Shown piece after piece: positions 1 through 18,441 of a stretch of 64,000 bases of DNA. Origin of the DNA: the human T2T-CHM13v2.0 reference genome, Homo sapiens; assembly GCF_009914755.1 (NCBI RefSeq), contig NC_060926.1. One strand, given 5' to 3'. Every line of letters starts with the position of its first letter. The first letter of the stretch is position 1. Both the position numbers and the translations under genes were made by a program. The notes beneath the pieces are model-generated. The model worked only from the letters and a program-made list of their open reading frames with translations. It was not told the DNA's origin and did no database searches.

Positions 1-354
1 TTTAACAAACACACTGAAACTCAAATTCTTTATAGAGATGTGAGTTGGAAAAGTAAACTAAAATCCCCAGAGCAGAATAAGGTCATCTTTATTTAACTTT
101 ATGTCATCCATTCTCTTTTCATTAAATTAATAAAAATAGACATGGCCTGTATGAGATTCTAGATAATAGTTTTGTATTGAACTGCATGTAAAAATAATAT
201 GAAGTTTTGCTTTATTAAATGAAAAGTCTATTTCATGAATAAGCCAATATTAGATTATTTAATAGTGATGATTTTATAATTTATTGCTATTCAGTGTTAT
301 TACTTGAATAGAAAGTGCATAATTAAAAAATCTTTGCTATTAAAATATTTCTAG

Positions 355-419
355 GTCAAAATTTGGCATACTTAAAGACACTTGACATTTTAAACCTGGA
401 GACTCCTCAAAGAATATGA
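355..419 (+). CDS. Possible last coding exon fragment of an upstream gene (xQNLAYLKTLDILNLETPQRI*)
   Basis: TTTCTAG|G acceptor-like site at 354/355, 21 open codons, then tandem TGA TGA (417-422) and AT-rich non-repeat sequence. Protein not recognised. Confidence 0.25.
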
Positions 420-884
420 TGAATATTGTCAATTCTTGCATAGAAAAGTTTGTTTCTTCAATATGGCATTAATGCAAAAGCAGTATCGTACTTCTCTGGA
501 TATTTTTCAAATGTTGGATTGTGATGGGAAATTACGATCTTACTATTTTCTACCAATTTTTTTAAATGTGTAATTTAATAGAAGGATGTCAACTTTCTTT
601 GTGGAATAATGCATTCAACAACAGTGTTGTGGAATATGAAAGAATAGTAGCAATAATTTGTTTGAGCTTATGTAAAAAGTTAAGCCAGGAGGTATCTTAG
701 GTACTCTAAGTTCTTTTTCTTAGGTACACAAGTTTAGGATAGGCGAGTAATGCAAATGAGAGTTCTTTCCAGTAGATGCAGGGTTTTGATAATATATTTT
801 TAATCATTTACAGGACTATTTACATTCTCATATCCCTAGAGTTGCTGGATATTTTCAATTGAGTTAATTAATGATAGTCATATT

Positions 885-1080
885 ATTAACTGTTACTACT
901 TGCAGGGCACTAACTATGTGCCAGCACCATGCTTCACACTTCACATTTGTTATTTCGTTAGAATTGCTAATTCTAGAAGACAAGTGCTGTTATTTCTCTG
1001 ATGCCACAGATGCTCAAGAAATCAAACCCAGCCAGTCTCAGCCCAAAGCTTGTCTCTCAACCATTGTCGACACCACCTGT
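885..1080 (-). mobile_element. MIR SINE, internally deleted
   Basis: actatgtgccagcac...aatcaaacccagccagtct...caaccattg resembles the reverse complement of the MIR consensus. Confidence 0.6.
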
Positions 1081-1484
1081 TGATACAAATCGCTTCGTTA
1101 ATTCATCTTAATTTTCTTCATTTAGGCAAATTGATTATCTCTGGTTTAATCAATTCAGCCTGCGGAAAGAATCATATTCCTTAAAACAACTCAATTGAGC
1201 CCTGTACCCATTATTACTTATTTTGTGAATACTATTCCACCCCTATTTATTAAATTACTAACTTTAATTAATGAAAGAAAAATCATCATGAATATTTATT
1301 TTGTGGAGGGAAATAGTCATTCAAACAAATTTTTAGTATTTTAAAATCTTTTCTTTTTTGATTCTGCTTTATGTGTTGTCTACAAGTGAATGGCTTAAAT
1401 TTGCAATGGAAAATAATATAGGTCGTCTTAACATCTTTCAATACAATTTTAATATTTTCTTCAAAGCCCCTTATGTCTTTGGTT

Positions 1485-1487
<3 letters not shown>

Positions 1488-1515
<28 letters not shown>
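1488..1515. repeat. poly(T) tract
   Basis: about 28 consecutive T. Confidence 0.9.
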
Positions 1516-1518
<3 letters not shown>

Positions 1519-1713
1519 GAGGTGCCTTCTTCAAAACTATTTACATTTCATGTTTAAAAATTACATTTTACTTTTGGGTATTGATGTTTAATACAGCATG
1601 TGTGCAAAGCTCCCTCTTGCTTTCTGTGTAGACTATATGACTGCATGGTTACAGAAACAAGAGCTCACACTAATACCTCCAACTCCAACCCAACTCCATA
1701 GTGGTAGATTCTT

Positions 1714-2020
<307 letters not shown>

Positions 2021-2663
2021 TAGATTCTTACATTCCATTTTGGCTTACTTCAATTTTTTTTTCAAACCTGCTTTTATTATCCATAGTACACTTATTTACT
2101 TCTTTCAGCCCTGCTATAAAGAAGTTTCAGCATTGCTAACTCATATCTTATTACAAATTTACTAACTAGAATACAGTGCGTACTTTTATTTTTATCTTTA
2201 ACATTCCAATATGTAGTCAAACATTATTTTTCAAAGTAACTTAGGTCAGCTCCTTACTTCTGTGCAAATATAATGTTGTCATATCACTTATTTTTAGTAC
2301 AATTAGATTCATTTGTCACAGTCTATAATCCATCTTGGGTACCCTTTGTATCTTGGTCAACTTTTAAAATTTGTGTAGAAGACAATTATTCTTTGCGGTG
2401 TTCTGTGTGTTGTGAAAACTCCTAGAGTTGTGAATCCACCAGCACAGTATCATAAAGAACAGTTCTATTACTTCAAAGTTTTCTTATGCTGCCCCTTTGT
2501 AATACCCTTTCCTGCAACTCTAACCCTGAATACTACAATCTGTTTTCCATCTCTGCAGCATTGTTGATTGAGAATGTCATACAAATGGAAAATTACACTA
2601 TGTGGCCTCTTGGCCTGGCTTCTTTCACATACCAAAATTAAAAATTCATCCATATTGCACATG

Positions 2664-3037
2664 TGTATTAGTTCGTTCTTATGCTGTTATGAAGAAATAC
2701 CCAAGACTGGGTAATTTATAAAGGAAAGAAGTTTAATTGACTCACAGTTCCATGTGGCTGGGAAGGCCTCAGGAAACTTACAATCACGACGGAAGGTGAA
2801 GGAGAAGCAGGCACCTTCACAGGATGGCAGGACAGAGTGAGTGAAAGCAGGGGAAATGCCACACATTTATAAAACCATCAGATCTCATGAGAACTCACTC
2901 ACTATCATGAGAACAGCATGGGGGAAACCGCCCCCATGATTCAATTACTTCCCATGGGTCCCTCCCACTACATGTGGGGACTATGAGGATTACAATTCAA
3001 GATGAGATTTAGATGGGGACACAGCCAAACCACATCA
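2664..3037 (-). mobile_element. MaLR solo LTR, THE1D-like
   Basis: tgtattag...ccaaaccacatca termini; TSD ACATG/ACTTG. Confidence 0.9.
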
Positions 3038-3287
3038 ACTTGAATCAATAATTAGTTTCTCTTTTGTGTTGAGTAGTTTTCCATTGTATGGGTATGCATG
3101 GTTTATTTATTCACCAGTTGAAGAACATCTGGGTTGTTCCTAGTTTTTAGTGACTATAAACAAAGCTGCTAGAAACATTCACGCATGTTTTTCTAGAAGC
3201 ATACATTTTTATTTTCCTGGGGTAACAACAGGAATGGTACTGCTGGGTCATATAGTTAAGTGTATATTTAAATTGAAAACAAACTAT

Positions 3288-3580
<293 letters not shown>

Positions 3581-3834
3581 AGAAACTATGAAAATATTTT
3601 CCAAAGTGGCAAAATCAATTTTGCATTCCATTTGCTTCTTATCCTCACCAAAGTTTGGTATCGAAAATGTATTTTCCAAAGTCTTCTCAATATATAAGTG
3701 GGTTGTTTGTTTCCTTATTAGCAAATTGTTAGAGTGCTTTATGTATTCTGGATGCAAATTCCTTTCAGATATGTGATTAGCAAATATTTTATCTTAGCTG
3801 TGGCCTGCCTTTTCATTCTCTAAACAGTGACTAT

Positions 3835-4802
3835 TGAAGGGGTGGGTTGCCCCTCCACACCTGTGGGTGTTTCTCATAAGGTGGAACGAGAGACTTAGGA
3901 AAGAAAAAGACACAGAGACAAAGTATAGAGAAAGAAATAAGGGGGCCCGGGGAACCAGCGTTCAGCATATGGAGGATCCCGCCAGCCTCTGAGTTCCCTT
4001 AGTATTTATTGATCATTCATGGGTGTTTCTCCGAGAGGGGGATGTGTCAGGGTCACAAGACAATTGTGGGGAGAGGGTCAGCAGACAAACACGTGAACAA
4101 AGGTCTTTGCATCATAGACAAGGTAAAGGATTAAGTGCTGTGCTTTTAGATATGCATACACATAAACATCTCAATGCTTTACAAAGCAGTATTGCTGCCC
4201 GCATGTCCCACCTCCAGCCCTAAGGCGGTTTTTCCCTATCTAAGTAGATGGAACGTACAATCGGGTTTTATACCGAGACATTCCATTGCCCAGGGACGGG
4301 CAGGAGACAGATGCCTTCCTCTTGTCTCAACTGCAAGAGGCATGCCTTCCTCTTATACTAATCCTCCTCAGCACAGACCCTTTACGGGTGTCGGGCTGGG
4401 GGACGGTCAGGTCTTTCCCTTCCCACGAGGCCATATTTCAGACTATCACATGGGGAGAAACGTTGGACAATACCTGGCTTTCCTAGGCAGAGGTCCCTGT
4501 GGCCTTCCGCAGTTTTTGTGTCCCTGGGTACTTGAGATTAGGGAGTGGTGATGACTCTTAAGGAGCGTGCTGCCTTCAAGCATCTGTTTAACAAAGCACA
4601 TCTTGCACCGCCCTTAATCCATTTAACTCTGAGTTGACACAGCACATGTTTCAGAGAGCACGGGGTTGGGGGTAAGGTTATAGATTAACAGAATCTCAAG
4701 GCAGAAGAATTTTTCTTGGTACATAACAAAATGGAGTCTCCCATGTCTACTTCTTTCTACACAGACACAGTGACAATCTGATCTCTCTTGCTTTTCCCCA
4801 CA
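3835..4802 (-). mobile_element. HERV-K(HML-2) solo LTR, LTR5_Hs
   Basis: 968 bp; reverse complement begins TGTGGGGAAAAGCAAGAGAGATCAGATTG; perfect 6-bp TSD GACTAT at 3829-3834 and 4803-4808. Confidence 0.96.
4105..4112 (-). promoter_or_regulatory. OCT4 motif ATGCAAAG of LTR5_Hs
   Basis: ctttgcat at LTR position about 691-698; LTR TATA-like box (ggtataaaa, about 4266-4274) and AATAAA (4005-4010) are also intact on the minus strand. Confidence 0.7.
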
Positions 4803-4988
4803 GACTATTGCACAGTATTATTAATTTTAATGAAGTCCAATTTATCAAATTTTTTAATGGATCATGCTTTTGGTTTCAAATCTAAAAACACTTTTCTAAA
4901 TGTAAAGTCACAGAGATTTTCTGCTATGTATTCTTCTGGAACTTTTATTGATTTACATTTTAGATTTAGGCCAACAGCTATTTTTAGT

Positions 4989-5965
<977 letters not shown>

Positions 5966-7094
5966 TGACTGCTACCATTAGTCAAGTTTTTTTACAAGTA
6001 TATTACATGGAGGTTTAGGACGCTGGCATTTTTCTTCTAGGTGTGTAAAGCCCAAGCAAAAAGACCGTCTTTTCCGGGTTTTCAAATTCTGGTATTTAAC
6101 TTATGAGATGATCAATAAAACAAAATGACACTATGAAAATTAAGTCAGCATCAAGGTGGTGGCTGTGTTCTTGGAAAAAAAAATAACTGATGATTCATTT
6201 TAATTCCAAGTAACTCTGATATTTCAGAGTATGATTAAGAGAAAAGAACGGACTTTGGTACATAATTGTTAAGTCAATGCAATGTATGCAGCAAAAGTGT
6301 ATTTCATTGAGAAAATGGTAGTTATGTAAATAGAAATTTCCAAGAATGAAATTGTTCATGATGATATTAAACATAATAGGTAATATGGTCACATAACTTA
6401 TTTTCTGTTTTGCCACATTCCAGCTGAATTTTCTGTGTCAGAATATAATTTCCTTTGCAACAAGGATGCCGATGTAACAACCAAATGATAATTTAGGCAG
6501 TTTAAGACACTGAAATAAAGTTTTCTACCTAAGAGGATTGTATCCACTAAATTGTGGATTCAGTTTTTGACTCTGATTTATAAAAAAATGCTGAAAAGCA
6601 AATTATAAATACTAGCAGCTTATGTAAATTAAAAAGGGCATAGAAAAATACTGATCATGACAAATCCTTTAAAAAACAGTAGCAATTTTATATTTCTTCA
6701 TTTTAATATTTTACATCTAGACATTTTTAGAAAAAGCTACCTTTAATACATATGCATTTACAACTAAATTTTTGGATGTTATAACCTAAGAGATTTTATT
6801 AGTGAATAGTATTTGTACCATTCCAATAAAAAACCATGTATTTAAATGTACTAGATAGAATATATTACTTTAGATACAAGTCATTTCAGGTTCAACTTGT
6901 GTAAAATCTGTCTTGAAGAGACATTTTCTCTCAGTCTGTATGTCAGAGTTTATAACAATATCTTAATTTTCTACATACTTAAAGATGTTAAAATGCCTTG
7001 ATATACAAAGCTTTAAATTATCTACCTTTTATTTACACAAGAATCAACACTGTAAATTGTCTACATATTATAGGAGTTCTTCATGAAACAAGTC

Positions 7095-7188
7095 TACCTG
7101 TCTCTCTGTTTCTGTCTCTATTTCTGTCTCTGTCTCTGTTTCTCTCTCATCTGTCCTCTATCTCCCCTCTTCTCTGTCTTTCCTTTCA
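7095..7188. repeat. (TCTG/TC)n low-complexity tract
   Basis: tctctctgtttctgtctctatttctgtctctgtc... Confidence 0.7.
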
Positions 7189-7409
7189 TTAATAGCAAAT
7201 GATTTCTATCCTATGTACCTTGATTGTGTGATTATAGATTATAGCTGTTATTACAGTGTATCTTTCCATAATTGAATAAACTTTCCATGTATACTTTACA
7301 CAACTTTTTGCTCAAAATTGTGCATTTGAGAGTGCTGCATAGCAAAAGTACATTACCTCGCATTATTAATTGCTTTGTAAAAATGATTTTCTTAGAATTG
7401 TATAATGTG

Positions 7410-7667
7410 TTTTATTATTATTATTTTTTAATTTTTTTAATTTTTTTTTATTATACTTTAAGTTCTAGGGTACATGTGCACAATGTGCAGGTTTGTTACG
7501 TGTGTATACATGTACCATGTTGGTGTGCTGCACCCATTAACTCTTCATTTACATTAGGTATATCTCCTAATGCTTCCCCTCCCCCTTCCCCGACCCCACA
7601 ACAGGCCCCAGTGTGTGATGTTCCCCTTCCTGTGTCCAAGTGTTCTCATTGTTCAATTCCCACCTAT
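7410..7667 (-). mobile_element. L1PA (PA4-6-like) 3' end fragment
   Basis: T-rich tail followed by ttatactttaagttctagggtacatgtgcac...caattcccacctat. Confidence 0.9.
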
Positions 7668-7962
7668 AGCACATTGCTTGATGCTATCCAGTTAACTCTG
7701 TTGTCATTCAATGGAAATTATTTGCTATCAGATTAAACAAGATAATTATTGAATTCTGTATAAATCTTTCCATTACTTAAAGGTTACAATTTATTTTATA
7801 ACACGGTGGTAAGTGTAGCAAAATATGCTCACAAATTCCCTGATATTGAGGAATGCTGAATCATTATTATTCAAAATGAAGAATAATAATGAAATATAGA
7901 TTCAATCTTTTCTGTGATGCTTCTCAATATGGTTAAGTTTATGGAAAATATTATATTAGAAC

Positions 7963-8787
<825 letters not shown>

Positions 8788-8989
8788 CCAAGTGCTCAAC
8801 CTTTGTGGGCCGCCACTTGAGTACAGGAATACTTGGACAAAGCTGGTGGAGACTGGGCCTCTATTGCAAGAAGCTAAGATGTTAGAGTACGGTAAGAATA
8901 GTAAGTGTGCTGTTGTTGCAATAGGGCTTGTTACTAAGAAATCGTTAGAGCAGGAAAGGAAGAAAGGGTAGAAACTCCTGCAGAAGGTC

Positions 8990-10250
8990 AAACGCATGCC
9001 GGGTTTTCTAGGACTCAACCTGGTTTTGTATTATGGCCCATTCTTGTGCACATTTTAAAACTGATAGACAAATTCTCAGAAAAATTCAGAGCTCAAATGG
9101 TTAACCTACAACTATATGGTTAAGTAGAGTCTTCTAAAGCTCTCTATGTTGCTTTTTCCTTTTCTGCCTGCTTAGAATCTACTGTTACTAGTATTGAGAT
9201 ATTAGATATTATAAAATCCACTAATGAAAGGCCACTTGGAAATTTTGTTTTTCTTAAACAGTTCAGTAAGTTCCAGCTAAAATGTAAACAATAAATTCAT
9301 TTGGAACTGAGGGGGAAAAAAAGGGCTAAAGAGGTTTTATAAAATCAAATAGCCATGGAAACTGCTTTTGGACAAATAAAGTTGAGCCATGTGAACAGGT
9401 CCCAATTTTGTCAAAAATAACTTGAATCCAACTATCTTTTATAAAATAATGAGTTTATGATATTGTCTCATGACAAGAGTTCTGAGGTAAAAGCTATTGG
9501 ATCCTTCTCTGTGTATGATATGTATGTTTAAATATGTTGTTGTTGTTGTTGTTTTTGTTTTTGAGATGGAGTCTCGCTCTGTCACCCAGGCTTGAGTGCA
9601 GTGGCAAGATCTTGGCTCACTGCAACCTCTGCCTCCTGGGCTCAGATGATTGTCCTGCCTCAGCCTCCTGAGTAGCTGGGATTACAGGTATGCGCCCACC
9701 ACGCCCAGTTAATTTTTGTATTTTTAGTAGAGATGGGGTTTCACCATGTTGGCTAGGCTGGTCTTGAACTCCTGACCTCAGGTGATCCACCTGCCTTGGC
9801 ATCCGAAAGTGTTGGGATTACAGGCGTGAGCCACTGCCCCCAGCCTAAATATGTTTATGTGTATGTACATGTTTATATGTATGTACATGTTACCAAATTG
9901 GCACATAAATAAATGAGTAGTCATAAATTAAATAAGTTCAAATGCTTTTCAAGCTTGTGTGAATTCAGTAATCTTTGGTAAATAAGCTGGCCTTAAAATT
10001 ATTTGTAGAATAAAAATGTCTTCAAAAGTGTCAGCATACATTTCTGTCTGAGTTTACTGATTAGATAAGTTTTATATTTGCCTCTGACAGATACTTCAAG
10101 GTGTCAGGATTTGACATGAAGGTTGTAAGGTTGTAAACCTTGTCAAAATCAGAATGATCTTTGTCTATGTGATTTTTTGATAAGCAAGTTTAATTTGATA
10201 TTGTTGGTTTAATGTAAATAGCAGGATTTTCTGAGTTATTGGCATAAAGT
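8990..10250 (+). mobile_element. AT-rich MER4-group (ERV1 non-autonomous internal-like) segment inside the provirus
   Basis: Motifs aggtaaaagctattggatc, aataaaaatgtcttc, ttctgagttattggca recalled from MER4I-group internals; no gag/pro coding. Confidence 0.55.
9539..9845 (-). mobile_element. AluSx-like with (GTT)n tail
   Basis: TSD TAAATATGTT at 9529-9538 and 9846-9855. Confidence 0.92.
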
Positions 10251-10254
10251 ACAA

Positions 10255-13400
<3,146 letters not shown>

Positions 13401-13439
13401 TGCACCTATGAACGTTCCTACTAAACACCTGTGTTTACA

Positions 13440-14420
13440 CCCACAGGCTATGGCTCTTGCTACCCATGGCAGCTGGTAATGTCTTCTTGGACTGGGCTAT
13501 GACCACAGCTGCAGTCAGCAACCAGTTCAATTTTAGGGTATATGAATACCTCCCACTGTCAAGTGATAATGGTAGGCCTTGGAATAGTCTGTCTTTCTCC
13601 CTACAGAACTGGAATGATTGGTTCAACAGCACCAATAATGCAACCTGGGTTCACCGGGGATCGCCTCTACCTGGAAACCCAATCACTAACTCAACAGAGA
13701 TCCAACAACATGCACCCTTATAGGCATTACCTGTTATACCTATATCCCTGATTGTATTATTCCTTTCTTGCATTGCTGTAAAGACATGTCTGAGACTGGG
13801 TAATTTATAAAGAAAAAAGATTTAATTGGTTCACAGTTCCACGGGATGTACAGGAAGCATGAATGCTGGCATCTGCTCAGCTTCTGGGGAGGCCTCAATC
13901 ATGGCAGAAGGTGAAAGAGGAAGCAGGCACATCCTACATACCCAGAGCAGGAGGAAGAGAGGGGGCGGAGGGTGCTACAGACTTTTAAACAACCAGATCT
14001 CATGAGAACTCACTCACTATTAGGACATCATCCAGGGAGATGGTGTTAAACCATGAGAAACTGCCCCCATCATCCAATCACCTCCCACTAGGCCCTGCCT
14101 CCAACATCAGGAATTACAATTCAACATGAGATTAGGGTGGCAACACAAATCCAAACCATATCACTGATAAAGAAAATAATGTCATAGATGCTTTAAATCA
14201 TTTGTCATCTCAGATCCATGATATAGCCCAGTTAGGCTCTTTGACTCATTCTCAAATTGGTTACATACCTTACCTTCTCACTGGAGTGGTATTTTGCCAA
14301 TAGGCATTATATAATAATTGTTGTTAGATTCTGCTTTTTATGCTATTGTGTACGCTGCGGATATGGTCTGTATGCACAAGCCATGGCTCTGCATTATAAA
14401 CCTGTATAATTCTCCTCCCT
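13440..14420 (+). pseudogene. env: env remnant: SU N-terminus joined to TM C-terminus, middle deleted
   Basis: GNVFLDWA...NQFNFRVYEYLPLSSDNGRPW resembles the SU CWxC-LP...GxPW block; after the MST insert, DALNHLSSQIHDI and a hydrophobic GIIIIIVV stretch with a Cys-rich tail. Confidence 0.6.
13753..14163 (-). mobile_element. MaLR solo LTR, MSTA/MSTB-like, inserted in env
   Basis: tgtatt...ccaaaccatatca termini; perfect TSD CTGAT. Confidence 0.9.
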
Positions 14421-14482
14421 CACTCAGGGACTCTCATGCAAGATTGGTGGAAAGAATGAAAGAGTTAGAAGATGGAATGGAT

Positions 14483-14848
14483 TTTAGTATGATGGGTCTC
14501 CCACCTGCCTAGTCAAGGGCATATACCTGCTGCCTGAACCTTAAAGGCCAGAGAATGAGCCAAGGCCATGCGGCTCAGTGGACGAGCAGGTGAAACTAGT
14601 CTCATCACTTAAGCACAGTAGGCAAAAAGCCAGAAAATTGGCTTAAAAGTGGTTTAGAGACAAGGGACAGGGCAGACCTCTAAAGCCGTTCTGCTGCAGT
14701 CCAGGAGTGCCTCATATGTAAGTCCTAATAAACTCACCTACTCACTAGCTTGGTCTTGTCCGAATCAACTGTTGGTCTCTTGGCTCCCTATCAGTTTGGA
14801 GACTATTTTTTTTTTTTTTTCATGCGATTCCAGGTTTTTCTCATCATA
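14483..14848 (+). mobile_element. 3' LTR (LTR47-like)
   Basis: Homologous to the 5' LTR; preceded by a purine-rich tract; about 45-50 bp internal deletion. Confidence 0.85.
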
Positions 14849-15599
14849 AGAAATAAATCATGATTTGGTTAAATTTTATGGCCACAATTTCCTTTATATA
14901 ATGCTCTCATCTTAAAATAGTGAACATTTGCTCATTTCCTTTCTTTGCCTAAAATAGTATGTAGTTATTGGTATTTTTAATCCTAAATTACATACAATCA
15001 CTGAAAAGGAAAAATATTAATACCTTAAATTCTCATTATTTTAGGAGCTAATGATTGTGCTACCCCTGACAAAAAGGCAAAAAATAAAATAATGGTGGCA
15101 AAAATTATAGCCAGTGAAGACTAACAAAGCATAACATAAAGGGCTTAACGCACAGATATTAAAACAGTGTTCCTTTTTACCTTTGAAATCAGCTACAAGC
15201 AGTCTTCATTTGAGAGAGTTTTTCAAGGTTAAGGACAGTCATTGCCATTTCTAACAGGTTGCTCAGATGTTGAGTAATTTCAGCTTTATTTCCCACAGCC
15301 ACTTTCAATTTTCTCACTAGAAGTAACAAATGGGTTCTTTGTAGTGAAGGAAAGCCAAGCCCAGGGCAATGGGACAGGAAGATCAAGTTTAAGGAGGCTG
15401 CCAGTGCCACATGGCTGTTTCCACCATATGAACTCTCAAACTGCACGGTGCTATTATTGGCCACATTTCCAAATTCTTTCTGCATGCTCAACTTCTTCCT
15501 GGACCCTGCATGTTTCATCCAGCCAAATTCCCAAATTCTTGCTTCCCATTAAATTTCTCCTACAAAAACGTTGTTTTTGCCACTTCTTACAAGGCGTGG

Positions 15600-15820
15600 T
15601 GGCTGAAAAACAGGCCTAGAGCCAGGATGCCTGGATTTAAACCTTAGTTCAGCTACTTACCTGGAAAGGCTGTCAGCCCTCTACATCTCAGTTTTCTCAT
15701 TCCTCAGTTAATACTGGCAGCATCCTCATAGGTCTTATAGAGGTTATTCAATGAGTAAATACACGTGAAGTTCTTTGAGTAGTGCCTGGCACATCATGAG
15801 CACCACATAAGCATGTGTTT
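15600..15820 (+). mobile_element. MIR
   Basis: gagccaggatgcctggattt...ctcagttttctcat...gtgcctggcacat. Confidence 0.7.
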
Positions 15821-17984
15821 TTGCTAAATACACTTATTCTTGTGCATTTTATGCCCATATTTCACCCTCTTCCTTTATTAATTTTTTCTAGTACTCCTTG
15901 TAAAAATCTTCTATTTCTTCTACCTTCTGACAGAATGTTTCTCCATGGTTTTGCTGTAACTGAAAGCTCTCTTTTCTTAGCTAACACAACTTCCAACCCA
16001 CATCCTAAATAGGCTTTGTGATATTAATCAATATTAGAGAAATCTAGGATCTACAGTAGTGTTATGAAAATTTGAGCAGAAATGCCTTAAGGCTGAGCAT
16101 GGATTGTCCATTGTGCCATTATTCCTACCATTGAATTCTGCATAGTAGAGCATCTCTGTAGAACTTAAGTTTGCTTCCACCGATCGGTTCTTCCAAATTC
16201 AGAGTCATTATTCAAGTGGTTTCCAGTGAGTTATAAGCAACATCCCTTTAGAAAGACCCTTTCTCATTTGGGCTCTGTTCCTGCCAAGGATCCTCAGGAA
16301 TTAGACTGGTGGGTCCTCGGTATATTTTATCAGTTCATCTTTTCCTAATTGAGCACAAGGATATGGGAGAGAAGTAACAAAACAGCATATCTTTTTTTCT
16401 TACTTAAAAAGAGTTGAGGCATTTTGTTCGGCATACTGAGTAGAACCAACTTGAAGGATATATTAATTCATACTTCTTTTACATTCAAATTAATGTCTCA
16501 AGCCACTCTCCTTCCAGCTCACAGGCAATCCAGTATTTCTACTTTGGAGCCTCCAAGAATTAATCGAGAATTATGGATGCTTGCTAAGTGTTTATAGAGA
16601 ACATTGCTTCTCTTGTGTTGGTGCAGACATTTTAAAACTCAGAGTTATTATTTCATTAAGATTGGAAACCCCATAACTGCCTCTGAAACATCTACTTTAG
16701 AAGTGGTTGCTTTTTTTTTAAATCGCTACCATAAAGGAAGGCCTCAGGGATTCTCTGCTCATAGTGATACCAGTTTTGGAGAAGTCGACTCTTGATAGAA
16801 ATAGTTGTACAGCTTATGTGCCGGGGATCGAGTCTACTGCCCCACTGCCACCAGTGTTAGTGTAAATCTCAAGCTAACCTCTCCATGTCATGTTCAGGTT
16901 GAGGTTACTCTATGATTGTGATCATAAATCTTCAGGCTTGGGTTACACTCGTAGGCTCTTGTCACTGCAAAGCATTGTGTATCTGGGTATAAAAAGATTT
17001 TTTTCTTCAGTCACACTGTGTACCATACTCAGCCCTCTACCAGCATTGGTCCATACCCCTCTTCATATGGGGGAAACATATTTAGGTTGTTTCTTAAATT
17101 GTGCCAACCAGGTTACCACAGTCCCTTCACGTGTGAGGTTATATTTAGAGTCTTTCTTACTTTTTTATTAGAAATAATGCTGGAATGAACATCTTTTTAC
17201 ATATATATTGCATATTTGCCCGATTATTATGTTAGAATAAAATTTTAGAACCCCTATGATTGAAGCAAAGATTAAATATTTCTAAAGACTGTGGCACATA
17301 TTTCCAAAGGACTTTTAGATTTGTTGTATATTTCGCCCTTTTGCCAATGTGTTGGAAGAAACATAATTTACACCAACTCATTAATTGCATCTTAAAAGCC
17401 TCTTGCAGTTTTCAAAGAAAGCCTTTGCACATGCTTTAATTTTCATATCAGTCTTGTGAAGCTGTCAATATTATTTCCATCTTACCTATAATAACAATGA
17501 AACAGCAGATTTAACTAACATGATTAAGATCAAACAGGTAATACTTGGCTGAGGCGCTATTTGAATTTGAATAATATGGAATACCTTTGTGTATTTATTC
17601 ATCCTCTTTTTCTGTATGCATTTGTTGAGCACCAGTAATGTGTCAGGCACTGTGCAGGGAGCGGGGTGTGTGCCACTTAGGTGGAAGGTAAGCTCTCTGA
17701 CACCACAGAACTTACATTTTAGGAGGAATGAAGACATTAACAATATTTGCATATTTATAAATAAGAAATATTGAGACTGTGATAAGTACATATTGGAGGT
17801 ATCTGAGAAAATATAATGGGGAGATTGTAACCTAGTGAGAGCAGTCAGCAAGGCACAAGAAACATGGCATGCCAAAGGGACTACAGAACACCACTATAGC
17901 CAGAGGTAGAGAGTGAGAAGCTGCATGGCATGAGATGAAGCTGGAGAAGTAGAGACCAGGCTGTGCAGAGCTCACTGGCCCCAC

Positions 17985-18275
17985 GCTTCCCCATTTCTCA
18001 GTGCTGGAGAATCAGTTTTGTTTGTTTCAATTTTCTTGGCACAATACTTACATAAAATAAGGTAAATAATACGTCACTAAAAACCAAACAAATTTTAAAG
18101 TACATAAAATACAAGCTCCAAGTATATGTTTAGTTTATAGACATAAAACTACTCTGTGAAATCACTATCAAAATGTCTAGACGCTTGCTCTTGGTTTCTG
18201 TTCTGATCTCCCTGCAGAGCATTAACAGTCCAGGAAACCAGGCTGCAGAAGGCACATCAGGCAGCACGGCTCTAG
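17985..18275. mobile_element. hAT-Charlie (Charlie4/MER80-like) DNA transposon remnant
   Basis: aaaatacaagc...agacataaaactactctgtgaaat recalled motif. Confidence 0.4.
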
Positions 18276-18441
18276 GCCACGACTATGGCTAAGAGCAATA
18301 AAAGGAAGCACCTGGTTAAAATTATCGGGAGTGTGTTTTGAGATGATCACTCTGGCTGCCAGGGGGAGAAAAGTGGATTTGGGTGGATGAATTAGGAAGT
18401 GAATTCATAGGACAGAGAGTGATGATGATAGCGTGTGCCAA

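Noticed and set aside
4023-4551. ORFs of 66-125 aa inside LTR5_Hs
   Set aside because: Antisense frames of the LTR consensus with no coding evidence
15189-15619. Overlapping 109-aa and 91-aa ORFs in unique sequence
   Set aside because: No recognisable domain or splice context; lengths are within chance expectation
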